Shown: piece after piece, positions 48,781 to 61,240 of the stretch
How the letters are laid out: each line of letters begins with the position of its first letter
Numbering within the stretch: the stretch's first letter is position 1
DNA from: Lama guanicoe
Taxonomy: Eukaryota
Reading direction: 5' to 3'
Assembly (NCBI GenBank): GCA_013239625.1
Contig: MU054117.1
Coordinates: 2,478,011 to 2,542,010 of the forward strand
DNA length: 64,000 bases
Made by a program: the position numbers and the translations under genes
Notes under the pieces: model-generated
Database searches by the model: none
What the model saw: only the letters and a program-made list of their open reading frames with translations
Told to the model about the DNA's origin: nothing

Positions 48781-50192
48781 TCCGTCAGATGCTGATTGAG
48801 TGCGGACGGGGCAGACCGAGCGTGCTTGTCCCCACGACGCCACCTCTGTCTTCCCTGGAGGAAATCGAGCCTGTGCTGGCGAGCGGCTGCCAGTGTGTCA
48901 GTCTGACTCCAAAGTTTGTGCTCTCGGCTGTTGTCCAGTTTCAGGGGCAAAGGGACAGATTGGGGTGATGGGCACAAACGTCTGATGTCAGGCTGACCTG
49001 TGCCTGCCCCTTGGTCACTCTCACATGTTCAGCTGGCCACCCAGGAGAGGGTGAGAGGCAGGCTCTCCCCTTTAATGTGCTGTTTGGTGGAGAGCGGGGC
49101 AGATTGCTTCCAGATGAGGGAAGGCAGTTTGGAGAGTGGAGTTTTTGCCCCGACTCCAGACAGCAGCCTCTCTGGGCCCGCGAGGACCCTGTGTCTTTGT
49201 GTTTGGCGTGTCGGACAAGCACTGTGACTTAGAGGCCTGGGCCCTCTGCTGCCGGCTGGGGCTCAGCGTGAGGCAGGCAGTGCAGAAGGTCTTCCCTTCC
49301 CTGGAGGCAGAACCTCCCTCTTTCTGAGTGAATCTGGGCCAAAAGGCCCTGTATTTTATCCATCCCTTTTCTTCTGAGTAGTTCAGATCACTTTTAGGAT
49401 GTCACTTCCATAATCCTCCAATTTATTGCTCCCGGAGGAAGTGAGGGGGATTTTTCCTTGTCTTAAAAAAAAAAGTGTTGCAGGGTGGAAAATTGGGGTC
49501 AGAGAGGGAGGCTGAGGGGGAGCGAGGGAGGAACCCAGAGGCCCAGGCTGGGTGCAGCTGGCTCGAGTAGGGCGGGGAGGGAGGGAAGAGCTGAGCTGGG
49601 TGGGAGACGGGGGCTCCTGGATTTTGGGCGGCTCCTTTTGTGTTTACCTTGTACTTTGGCGTCTGAATCTGGGGGAGGTGGGGCTGGGATGGGGTGTCCT
49701 GCCCGTCCCTCACTGCATCTCAAGGACTCAGGGCCTGCCCTCTGCACACTTCCTCCGGCACACACGTGTCCTGTTCTCACACACGCACCCTCTCGCCATC
49801 ATGTGTACACTCACACGTAGCATGCATGCACACCCTTGCACGTGGTGACTCACGTGCTGGTTCACACTCACGCTCTCCATCCACATGCCTGCTCAGCTCC
49901 CCTGTGTACGCGCCGCCTGCACCCACATCAGCGATGGGCCCCCAGCCTCACTGACTTGGCAGGAGAGTTTCTGCTGGTAGTGAGGTCCCCACAGCACCAG
50001 CCTCTCGCCTTCCCTGCCCATGCCTCAGTTTACCCCTCTGTAGTAAAGAAGGGCGAGAATTTGGAGAGACGGAGGCTATACCTCAGCCGAGAGGTGCTGC
50101 ATCTGTGGAGTGTGACATGTCCTGTAGAGTGAGCCGGGGGGACTGGCCTGGGAACTGGGGAGACTCTGAGGGGCAAGGGGGAGGCCCCTCTG

Positions 50193-50231
50193 CCAGGCTC
50201 CCTCTGACCCCAGGCTCCCTCTGACCCCAGG
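50193..50231 (+). repeat. 17-bp tandem duplication
   Basis: CCAGGCTCCCTCTGACC twice plus a partial third copy. Confidence 0.9.
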
Positions 50232-51499
50232 GCCCTGGTCCTCCAGCTGGAGCTGTGTGCACCCGTGAACACATACCATCGGCAGAGCCAGACCCCGGTG
50301 GGGCCCTGGGAGGAAGGCATGCTGTTCGGCGTCATTTTGGAATTTTGGGACCATTTTGAGGAGGAAAGGCTCCTTCTTGGCAGCTCAGATCCTAGCGGGC
50401 TACCAGTCTTGGAAGCCAAGCAGACAGGCCCCTGACTTAGTTTCTATTTCAGGAACGCCACCATGCAGAGCATGAAATCATCCCGGGGCTGTGGGAATCC
50501 AGTTAGACTCCAGCGCCTCCTTCCGGGGTGGGCGTGCGGGCGACAGGCTCTCTTCGGAAAGCTGCCTGCTGCAGGGGCCACGCTGGGCTCATCCTGGGTG
50601 GCTCCTTCCGACCTGGAGATCCAGCGAGGGAACGTCTCTGTGAAAACCTGGGGGGGCCAGGCAGGACTTGTGGGGGAGGGGGGGTGCCTGGAGACAGGGC
50701 TTGTATTCCCGCCTGGTTTGGCTGACCAGCCGGTGACCGGGACCTCCTTCCCAGTCTCCAGGCCGGGGCCTTCCTGCGGCTCACAGCTCTGGCCTTCACA
50801 GGTGGGGTGAGGAGACAGGCCCCCCCTGCCCCAGCCCAGCGCCCAGGTCCAAGTGCCCTCCCTCTGGGGATTCTCCAGGAACCCTTAGGTCGCACCCAGA
50901 GCCAGCCTTCTGCCTTGGTGTCCCCGTTCTACACGCTCAGATTGGTTGTACTTCATCTGTCTGTGTATCACCTTGTTCCAGAAAAATGATTAAAAGAAAC
51001 CCAGAAACCTGGTAACCTCAGCAATGCTACTTGAGCGTGGAATCGTTCGTTCCTGGCTTGAGTTTCCCCTGTCGCCTAGAACTCTTGTCTGGGTCAGCAG
51101 GTTGATGGGCTGTGAAGGGTCCCCAGCCGTGGCTCGGGTTCCCGCCGCCTGCACGGCACTGGGCAGCGGACCCTTCATTTCGTCTGTCCGTGAGGGCTCC
51201 GTTCTGACTCACTTCCCCCCGCTGAGCGATCCCTGCCTGCCCCTTCCTTAGTAGCCCTGGTGCTGAGGCTCTCGAGAGGACTGAGGCGCAGCCCCTGCCC
51301 TCGAGTCTCAGGGATGGACCGTGGGTCGTCGGCACTGACAGCGCCGGCCGTGAACGAGCCGTGCGGGAGGTGCCCCGTGAACATGCGCTGGCCTCATGGA
51401 TCTGCAAAAGTATTCCTTCCACACTCACCCGTTGCTGAACCGGTGGCTCGCTGTTGGGTACTAGGCGAGGGATCTTTTTTTGTGCAAAGCATTGCTTAA

Positions 51500-52158
51500 T
51501 TTTAAATTCCAAGGTTACTGTCTAGAAGTCTGATGTGATTCCAATTTTAATCCTTAGTAGGTAACGTTTTTCTCTCTGGAGTCTCTAGGGTGTAAAGTCT
51601 CCTCTTTGTCTGTGCTGTTCTGAAGCATCACAAATGACATGGTTCCGTGTGGGTGTATTTCCATCCAGCACACCCTGGGACCTTCCAGTCTTGAAACACA
51701 CGTTATTTAGTTCTGAGAGCTTTTCTTGAATTACTTCATTGATCCGCTCCTGCATTTTCTCTCTTTTTTCCTCTGGAGCTCCTAGAATTTGGATCTCCTG
51801 GATTAGTCCTAAAATTTTATTGTCTTGGGAGAAATCTGGGAGATTTCTTGGGCTTTGTCTGCTAGCCTGCTGTTGAGGGCTTCATGTTAACTAGAGTATT
51901 TTTAATTCCTGTGCTTTCTAAATACACCTGTTTTGCTTTCGTAGCATCGTGTTCTGTGTCCGTGGCTTCAGTATCACCTCGTGTTTCTCCGAGACTCTTA
52001 GTGATGATTCCATCCTGGGAGGGGGGAGTCTTCCTCACCATTTCCTCTAAAGTGTGTGTGTGTGTCTTCCCTCTTTCTTGTGACAGCCTTCCTCCTGCAG
52101 CCTGGTGTTCCTTGTAGTCGGCCTGCATTTGCCTGGGGGCATTAAGCTGTGTGCGTGC

Positions 52159-52199
<41 letters not shown>

Positions 52200-52810
52200 T
52201 GTGGTGGGGGGTGGAGGGACAGTCTTGTGGACTCTGGGTTTCATGTCTGGTGACCTGGCCGGCCTGTTTCATTTAGGAACCTAGTAAGTTAGTATCTTCG
52301 GCATTTTCTCTTGGGCTGTTAAGAGCTGTTGGAGAAGAATCTTTTAACCTACCTGGGAGGTCTCAGGCTGAGGCCCTGTGCCCGGAACCTGACGGTAACA
52401 TGGTGGGGGTGTCTCGGCCTTCTGTGTCAGCGAAACGCCCCGTTTTCAGCGTGGTGCCCCTGTGCTGAGCGTCCCCGGTCCCCAGCCCTCCTGCCTTACC
52501 CTCTCAGAGGAGTAACCCTGGGGCAGAGGCGGTGCAGCCACCTGCCAGCGGAAGTTGGGGAGGAGATCTGGGTGGGGACCGTCCCTAGCCTTCTGCGGGC
52601 TCTGGCGCCAAGGTTTTAGGGTTCGGCTCTCTTAGGTTTGTCAGTCGGTGAACACTTGTCCTTCTAGAGAGACTCCAGCCTCTAAAATCACGTTGTTGCC
52701 ATCTCCTTCTGCTCTCTGTGACATTGTGGGTTTGTGCCTTAACCAGTCTCTTTATTCTTGTTTTTGTGGGGTGGCGGAGGGCAGCAGGGGTGATGCACGC
52801 GTCCTCTCTG
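51500..52810 (-). mobile_element. HAL1/L1ME-like degraded element
   Basis: AGAAGTCTGATGTGATTCCAATT and TTCTGAGAGCTTTTCTTGAATTACTTC motifs, plus a 5' end resembling 17820-18000. Confidence 0.6.
52148..52198 (+). repeat. (TG)n microsatellite with (TGCG)n leader
   Basis: Read directly from the sequence. Confidence 0.95.
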
Positions 52811-53599
52811 AGGGCTTCAGTCTGAACAGAGTGAGTGTATTTAGGTGTCCCCGTTTGTCGTGCTTGTGTGTTGGTTGCGGAATCCTAGTAACTAGGACAG
52901 TGCCCGGTCCACATGAGAGACTCAGGAACCTCGGGCTGAACGAATGAGTCAGCAAGTGCTGAGTTGCAGGCAGACTTGGTACCAGAACTGGAAGCAGGAG
53001 CCCGGTTCACCCAGGTCCCAGCTCTGTTCTGAGATGCCAGCCGCTCATTGTGACCCCGAGCCGGGTGAGTGTAAAACTCACATCGCAATGGCTGGTGGTG
53101 GGGACGGTGAACTTGTGTTTCTCTGGCTGGAGCGAGCACGTGCATGCCTGGGATTTCCGGAGCGGGGTGAGATGCGTCGGAGTAAGGATGCCTCTGGTTC
53201 AGGACGAGGCATCCGCCTGGGCACGGGCTGCGGCTTTCACAGCTTCCCAGCTCACCACGCCTTTCTTGTTCCGTAGAACAAGTGGTCTGACAGGATGCAT
53301 CTCAGGTTTCATCCTGGTGCCAGCCCTGTGGTTCCACCATTGTCCTCTCTTGTTTGTATTATGACAGTGTACATTTCTTCTGGGAAAGAACTGTCCCCAC
53401 CTCCTTCTTTGTTTCTTTGACCTAGAATGACTTTCACCTGCTCTTCTGCTCATCGGAACCCTTTCTGTCCTTCAGAACAAGGACACATCCCTCGTGAACA
53501 TGCCCCAGCCGCTGCAGGACACACAGTCTCCCTTCCCGCAGCCTCCCTCGGCGTTTAGTTTGCAGCTGGGTGTAGACGAGGGAGCACAGACCTTGACGC

Positions 53600-53800
53600 C
53601 CCGTGGTGCTAGTTTGAATTTTAATTCCGTGGCTGACTGTGTGTGACCTTGGACCGCTCACCTAGTCCCTCTGAGCCTCAGGTTCCCCTCATCTGTCCAG
53701 AGGGAGTTTGTAATAAAAGTTACCTCATGGGGTTTATATGAGAACTAAACGAGCTATGTTTTTAAAATCTCTCCTTTAACACGTGACACAAAACAGACAC
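53600..53800 (+). mobile_element. MIR
   Basis: CTGTGTGTGACCTTGGAC...CTCTGAGCCTCAGGTTCCCCTCATCTG. Confidence 0.75.
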
Positions 53801-54789
53801 ATAACACAAGATGATGAATACCAGTAATAATCCGCATTTATGTGCATTACCTTACTTACTGTGAAGCACACACTTACTATTTTTATTGTATTAAAAAGGA
53901 GACCGAGCCATAAAGAAATAACTTGCCCGGGTTTGCAAATCAAAGACATGTAGCCCTTACATTTTCTTTAAATGTTTTGTGTTTACATTTATTCCACAAC
54001 TATTTATAGACGAGCCTGCTCTATGTCAGGCCTTGGTGCTGGGAATTCAGCAGTGAAAAAAAAACCGAGAACAAATTTCCTGCCCTCACAAAGCTCATAT
54101 CCTAGGGTAGGAGCTGGTCAGTGAACCAGTGAATACGTGTGTACAGGTAGAGTGAAGTGCCCTGAGGAAACTTTGCAGGGTTTGTAGGGAAAGCTTCCCT
54201 AATTGGCTCCGTTTGAAGGGGCCGCCCCCTGGGATGCATGGGGAAACACTCCAGGCAAGTTCTGCTCTGTTTGCAGGCAGAGCTGGGGGCCGGGGCTTGT
54301 TTCTCCAACGTCCCATTTCGTCTTTAAGCCAGAGACTGCATCTTTCTCTTACGTTGTGCCCTGTGTGCTGTTGGGCGCGTTGGTCGGTGGTCAGGCACCA
54401 TTTTCCTGGGGATCGCCTCTCCCTCCTGTGTCTCTGCAGAGCACCTGCAGGGGGCTGGTTTGTATACAGTCAGCCTGGGGCTGCGAGGCCAGAGACAGCA
54501 GGGGAGCAGGACTCTGCAGGCCCTGCCCTGCACTCCGAATCGCCCTTGGTGACTGTCTTCCAGTCTTCCTCAGGCTGCGTGCCCCCTCCTTCTGGTCCTG
54601 TGGGTCTCAGAGCCCACTCTCTCCCGAGGGAAGCCTGCCCGGAGCCTGGTGGGGCGGCCCTGTGTTCTGGGCTCGCAGCGCTTACTCAGTGTGCGGGCCT
54701 CAGACCCCGGCTGCCCAGGCCGAGAACCCCACACGACTGAGGCCCTGACCCTTACTGCTCACTTCTGCTCTCCCCTGCGTCTCTAGCAA

Positions 54790-55086
54790 CTAGCATAGGT
54801 GAATTTTGTCTGTAAAGGACCTGATTGTAAATATTTCAGGATTTGCAGAACATCTGGTTTCTGTTCAGCTACTCACCTCTGCCCTTTAGCCCAAAAGTGG
54901 CCAGAGGACATTTACTCATGGGCGCTGAAATTTGAATTTCATATAATTTCTACATGTTGGGAAATATTATCCTGCTTTTGATTTTTTCCAACCTTATAAA
55001 AATGTAAAAACCATTCTTTGTTTGCAGGCTGGGCAAAAACAGGCAGAAGTTGGGTTCAGCCCACGGGCAGCAGTTATTGACCTCAG
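54790..55086 (-). mobile_element. MER58B-like hAT-Charlie MITE
   Basis: TCTGTAAAGGACCTGATTGTAAATATTT...CTGAAATTTGAATTTCATATAATTT...AAAAATGTAAAAACCATTCTT. Confidence 0.8.
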
Positions 55087-55260
55087 ATACAGTGTGATGG
55101 CTTATAGTAGGCGCTCAATAAATGTTTGTTAAATGACTGAATGACATCTTGGCTGTGGGCAAGAGCTAGTGAGGTTGTGAACTGCTGCCTTCCCTTAGTT
55201 CATCTCCCTTATCAGATTCCTTGTAATCTGTTAAAATTAAGGAAGATAGCCAACTGGTTC

Positions 55261-56020
55261 TTTAAAAAAAAAAAACAACTTTATTGCGATATAATTCACA
55301 TACCATACAATCCACCCATTTAAAGGGTACAGTTCAGTGGTTTTTAGCATATTCTCAGTTGTGTGACCATCATCACTGTCAATTTTAGAATATTTCGTCA
55401 CTCCCAACAGAAACTCTGTACCCAGTAGTTGTCTCTCCTATTCTCCCGATTATTGCCCCCTCCCCAGCCCTAGACAGTCATTAGTATGCTTTTTGTCTCT
55501 ATAGAGTTATCTATGCTGCACCTGTCATATAAATGGAATTGTACCACATGTGGCCTTTTGTAACTGGCTTCTTTCGCTTAGCATGGTATTTTCAAGGCTC
55601 ATCCGTGTTGTGGCATGTATCAGAATTTCATTCCTTTTTAAGACTGAATCATATTCCATTGCATGGACATCCCACATTTTGTTTGTTCTTACCCCGTTCA
55701 TCACTTGACAGACATTTGGCTTGTTTCTACCTTCTAATTGTTATGAATAATGCTGCTATGAACATTCATGTATAATTTTTGTGTGTCTAGACGTGTGTTT
55801 TCATTTCTCTTCTTTCATTTCCCAGGAAAATACCTGGGAGGAGAAATGCTGCATGGAGGTGACTGAATGTTGAACCTTTTAAGGAACTGCCAGACTGTTT
55901 TCCAAAGCAGCTGCACCGTTTTCCATTCCCACTAGTGGTGCATGAGTGGTCTGGTTTCCCCATATCCTAGCAGGCAACTCTGTGTTTTTATTTTTTGAAT
56001 AGTTCTTTTACTTACTGTCT
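55261..56020 (-). mobile_element. L1MB-type 3' region
   Basis: CTTTATTGCGATATAATTCACATACCATACAATCCACCCATTTAAAG...AACTGCCAGACTGTTTTCCAAAGCAGCTGCACC. Confidence 0.9.
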
Positions 56021-56038
56021 TTTTAATTGGCTAACTAG

Positions 56039-56105
56039 TTCCTTCTTTCCTTCCTTCCTTCCTTCCTTCCTTCCTTCCTTCCTTCCTTCCTCCCTCCCTC
56101 CCTCC
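56039..56105 (+). repeat. (TTCC)n/(TCCC)n microsatellite
   Basis: Read directly from the sequence. Confidence 0.95.
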
Positions 56106-56133
56106 CGTCTTTCTTATCTTCTTTCCTTCTTTC

Positions 56134-56265
56134 TAGTGGGCATGGGAACTAATTAGGTGGGTTTTAAAAAAATTTGTTTATTTTTTAAATGGAGGGACTG
56201 AGGACTGATCCCAGGACCTCATGCATGCTAAGCACGCCCTCTGTTACTGAGCTACACCCATCCCC
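56134..56265 (-). mobile_element. tRNA-Ala-derived SINE (Vic-1-like)
   Basis: Core CCCAGGACCTCATGCATGCTAAGCACG plus CTAATTAGG tail motif. Confidence 0.85.
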
Positions 56266-58244
56266 TGCCAAGTTCTTAAGTGGACACACCACCTTGGCTT
56301 GTGAGATTGTGGGCTGAGTGGGAACATTTAGATAAGTTTCGTTATTTTCTCTTGTAAGAGCAATGCATACTTCTTAGAACATATTTGGAAAACAAGCTGA
56401 TACTGCTTAGCGATGCACTTTGTCACATGTGATCACAGTCACCAACTCTGTAAAGGTCTCTGAGGACCTCAGTGGGCAGTGCAGTGGCTTGGGGTGCAGC
56501 CCTGGGGGCTCAGACCGGGTTGTTATAGACGCTCTGCTGTTGCCGGCTACCTGACCTTGGCCAGATGCTTACCCTCTCTGGGCCCCTGTGTTCTCGTTGG
56601 TAAAAAGGATTCAGTCATTCGTCATTCATTCAATCAGTAGATATTTGCTGGGCACCTGCTCCGTTGCTGGCCCAGCACGGGTCTCACAGCGCCCTGGTGA
56701 AGGTCAGACAAGGCGGTGCATGCGCAGAGCATAGCATGACCTCGGCACCTCATAGACGGTAATAATGGAACAGCAGGACAAGGACCTGCCATTCCTGAGA
56801 CCACGCAGCTCCCCAGGGTGGTTGTCAGGTGACCACACACCTCAGAGGAGGGAGGGTCCTCCTGGATCATCCTCTCCACTCACGCCTGCCCTGGGTGGAT
56901 TCCGGCCCGTGCTCTGGCGTCTCAGGGGTGAGCACCCCCTCTGCAGGGCTGGACGTCTGGTCTGCAGACCCGCCTCTCTGGAGCCATCCTCGGCCAGCCC
57001 TCTGCCGGCAAGGCCCGAGGGTGAGCCCGCCGCCTCGTCCACATGACAACGCGGGACTATTTGACAACAGCTCCCCTCCGTCTCTTCTCCAGTTCCACCA
57101 GCTGTCTCGCAGACAACTCCATTCCTGACCCCAGCGCCCCGCGGCTGCCTGTGGACGCATCCCAGCCCCTTGTTGTTGTGGCCGGGCCTCGGCCGGAGCC
57201 TCCCTGCCTGAGACCCCGACACCGAGTGCCAGAGTGAGTTGTAAGTCTGGAGGGTGACAAATCTTCCTCCCCCCAGCAGGATGGTTTTATGGAAGAAAGC
57301 ACTCGAACAGGAACGATAACTTCATTCTAAATTATGGAAAAAATAAAATTCCAGCCAGAACCTGCCGGGTCTCCCCTCCCGCTCTGCAGGCTCAGGCTAG
57401 GAGGGCAGCCCGGGCGCCTCTAGCATCCGTCTCCCTGCTGGGAGACTCGCTCTGCCCGAGGGGTTTGCGATGGGACAGTTGGAGCTTCCCCTGCTGTCAC
57501 ACCCTGGCCTGAGGGGCAGGGCCCTTGAAACATTTCTCAGGCTCAGTTTTATAAGCTGTTGGAGAGAGACAGTGATAAAAACCCATTGATAAAAGCAATT
57601 TAACAAAAACATCCATGGTGAGGGAAAGGAATCAGAGCTCCCTCATTTGTCCGTCTGAGTTTTATATCCTAAGGCGTCTCTCCTCTCTTGGTGGGAGAAA
57701 TCCAAACGCGTTTAGCAACCCCTCTGCTGCTGCCCGTGGGGTACAAACTTGCAGTTCTGTAGTTAGGGGCGTCTGGAAACCCACAAGCGGCCCAGCTCTG
57801 CCCCGGGCGGGCCGCATCAGGGAAGGCGCACACATGGAGGAGGGGTGGGTGCTTTCCAGCCCCCTGGCCTGGGTTGTGAAAGCTCATCCCTAATTCTAAC
57901 CGTGTTTCCAGCTGATTTACATAACTGTGTTCTTCTGCGGTGAGTTACTCATTCAGAAATTCCCCCGTCTATCTGTTCTCCGGGGATTCTGAGTCAGCAG
58001 GAACAGAATTCTGCCTCCCCCGCCCCCACCTCCTCCTGTATCTCGTCCCTGCCTGGAGGAGAGGATGGGACAGGGGACTTTTGTGAGCCCATCCAGCAGA
58101 TCTGAGAAGGGGCACCTGGGGGCAGCTGCTGCGGGACCTGGAACCTCCGGGCCTGAGGGCTTGCTGCCAGCCAGGCAGCTCAGGGTGGTGAAGGGGTGGG
58201 CCTGGGTGGTTTGGGGAAGAGGTGGAGGAGCCTGTGTGCTGAGA

Positions 58245-58470
58245 AGCAGCGTAAGGAAGTGGTTACGGTCCCGCGTCCCGGTTCAGATCCCAGCCCGCCA
58301 CTCCCCAGCCGTGTGAGCTTGGGCAAGCTCTTTCATACCTTTCCTCGTCTGTAAAATGTGGATAATAATTTCACAAGTTTATTATAAATATAAAGTGAGT
58401 CAATACATGTTAAGTGTCTGGAACCTGCCTGGCGTCTAGAAAGCTCTGCAGCTGTTAGTGGTGACGATGA
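58245..58470 (+). mobile_element. MIR
   Basis: GTGTGAGCTTGGGCAAG...TTTCCTCGTCTGTAAAATGTGGATAATAAT. Confidence 0.75.
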
Positions 58471-60974
58471 GGGTGATTACCTGTGGATTACCTGATCCCT
58501 ATTTTTTCCCCCCAGTAGATCAGGGGACCTAGCCTGTGTTTACTGACAAACATGGGAAAACTTTGGCCTCCACTCACACACTGCGTTTACCCTTGGGTTC
58601 CTTAGCGCCCACTCACTCCCCCTCCTGCCCAGAGCATCTCCACTGCTCCTGCCCTGGGTGGAGAGCCACCCTCAGGCAGTCTAATTTCCCTGCCTCTGTT
58701 TCCTCATCTGTATCCTGTGGAAAACATATGTGCCCCCTCCCCTTCCTTGTGCCCAGCGTCTCCAGGGATGTGAACAGTGTGGGGTAGCATCAGTTAAGTG
58801 AGGCAAGCTGATTAGGAGGACAGAACTCTGGTGGACGTTGTGGGAGGGCGGGGGGTCTGGGGCTGAGCCTGGGGGTCATGGTGTCCGCAGGGTGTGGACT
58901 GAAAACGGAGCTGAGTGCCCTCCGTGCGAGTCTGTGAGCAGACACCTGCCCCTCAGGTGGTCCCATCCACATTGGAGCAGATGGGATGTTGTTTAGAAAG
59001 TCAGTCACAAACGAATGTTCTCCACTCTCATCCTCTGACCCCAGACTGGACCATACTTCTAGCCCTCAGGGTGCTTACAAAGGGGCGGAGGGTGGTTTAG
59101 TGTCGGGAGGAGAGTTGCAGAGCCTTGAGTAACCTGGGGTCATTGCCTTCTCTTCCTGTACCAGGCACTGTGCTGGGCAGCTACTTTGTGAAATGAGGAA
59201 AACAAGACTCAGAGGGGTTCAGGAACTCCCCCGACCCCAAGGGCACACCGTGGAATGTGCTGGAGAAGGGGTTGAGCCGCATCTGGGGGTTCCGAAATCT
59301 GTTCTTTCCAGGTGGGAAGGCTGGCCGTGAGGCTGCGGACTTCCCAGACTTTCTGGACTTCTCTGACTTTCTGGGGTGTTGTGAAATCTCAGCACGAGTT
59401 GTTTGCGTGTTCTCTTTGCAGCCTCCTCTCCCTTCCCGTTGCTCACCTCGCAGGGCTGGTGTCTAACCAGAACTCCCTGCCCTCCTTCCCGCCCTCCGTT
59501 CAGTGCACCTTCTGAGACGTGGGGAGGAGGGGAGACTTGGTCTGAAAGGTGTGTGTGACCCTGGGCTTTGTTCTGGTTCTGCAGGGCCCCTGGGGAGGTG
59601 AGACATATGCCGGTGCTGTGGCCTGGAGGTCCCCAGGTGGGAATATGGAAGGTGGGGGGGTGCTGCAGTGTTCCAGACTCCAGAGGGCACGGCCTGGTGC
59701 TGTAACGTGAGAGGTTTGTCCCAGATTGCCCCTCAGGCCACCTCGGTCCTCCACGTCCCAGGTTCCTCTCTTCCTCCCCTCAGCCTCTCTGAGGTGAAGG
59801 TGTGCTTCTCAGCTGGTGGTAATTGGAAAGCTCAGTGTGTGCTCTGGGAGGAGCCAGGAGAAGTTCCAGGGGCATAGCTGGACATCCAGAGTGGGAAGTT
59901 TCCGAGTGAGGACGAGGTCAGCAAGGATACCCCTAGGGCCTGGGGACAGGACGCAGCCTTGACTCACCTCAGGGAACATGGCGAGTGCTTGGGGACCAGG
60001 CTGGCTAAACCTGGCTGGTTACATCCTGCAGGACCTGCCCCATGCTGCCTGGTTTGTGCCCTGGTGTGGCAGAAACCCAGCAGGCCAGCTGGTTCAGAGC
60101 CCCTCAACCTGGGGACATGGTCCCACCAGTGGCCACAGCCTCCCCTCCCTGCCGGCTCTCCCATCCACCTGGCCACCCAGTTGTCCTCTCTCCTCCTGCT
60201 GCCCCACCCCCTGCTCCAGTCCTAGGCACGGCTCCCAGCGACCTGGCCTGCCTTCTTTTGCTCAGGCCTCCGCTGAGCATCAGCCTCTCTACCTGATGAC
60301 ATCGCCCCATCCTTCCGTGCCCACTCCTCCCTTATTGCCCAACTTGGGCCGGGATAGGTCAGGGGCTGAGCTTGGCACAGGGCCCAGCCCACGGAACCCG
60401 CTCTGCTCGTAGGCAGGAATGCAGGGGGCTGGGGAAGGGGCATTGCTGCCCGTCAGCTGGTCAGTCCCCAGCGAGCGAGCGAGTGAGCGAGCGAGCCCCG
60501 TACCTCCACGACGTGAGGCTGAGTCCCGTGCATGGAGCGAAGACGTGCACTGCACTTGCCTGGGGAGCTGCCCGTCGCAGTTGGCGAGACCACACTGGCA
60601 GGGGACATTTGCAGAGCCCCCTGGGGTACACTGAGTGTAACTGGGAGAGGCTGCTGGGGTCTGTGGACCTATGTGAGAGCCCGAGGACCTGGGTCCAGCC
60701 TGGCTCTGGCCCTGGCTCATTTGCAGACCTGGGTTCGGTCCCAGAGCTGGGGCGCGGTTTCCTCCTTAGGAGACTCCTCCTGGAGGCCCTCTGGCTCTGC
60801 CCACTGGACAGCCGCCATTTGCCAAGTGCTTCCTGTGGGTCAGGCAGCATGCGACACCCTGCAGGCCTCGCCCCATCTCACCCTCCCAACAGCCGGCTCA
60901 CTTTACAGGCTGACAGGGAGCTCAGGTGGGGAGCCAGAGTTAGTCTGGCCCTTAGGTCCGGTCCAGGCCTCAGA

Positions 60975-61240
60975 TGCATTTTGTTTGGGACCAGTTGATG
61001 TGATTGTTTATTAGAGCCAACGTTTAAACACTGAAGAGATCTCACAGACTAAGAGATTTCTGACTTTAGAGTGGAAGGGAGGTCAAGTTGCCCAGAGGCA
61101 ACCATGGGCTGCCTCTGCGTCCCGGGCATCACCCTCCGGTGGGGCCTACGCTTTCGCCACCCACCCGTCTCCACACAGTGTGGGAACGTGCCTGTGTATC
61201 CAGTTAGAGCTGCTCGTGTATGTTTTTCACCTGCCTCTGC
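60975..61240. mobile_element. MER102-like hAT fragment
   Basis: TTTTGTTTGG...GCCAACGTTTAAACACTGAAGAGATCTCACA motif. Confidence 0.5.
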
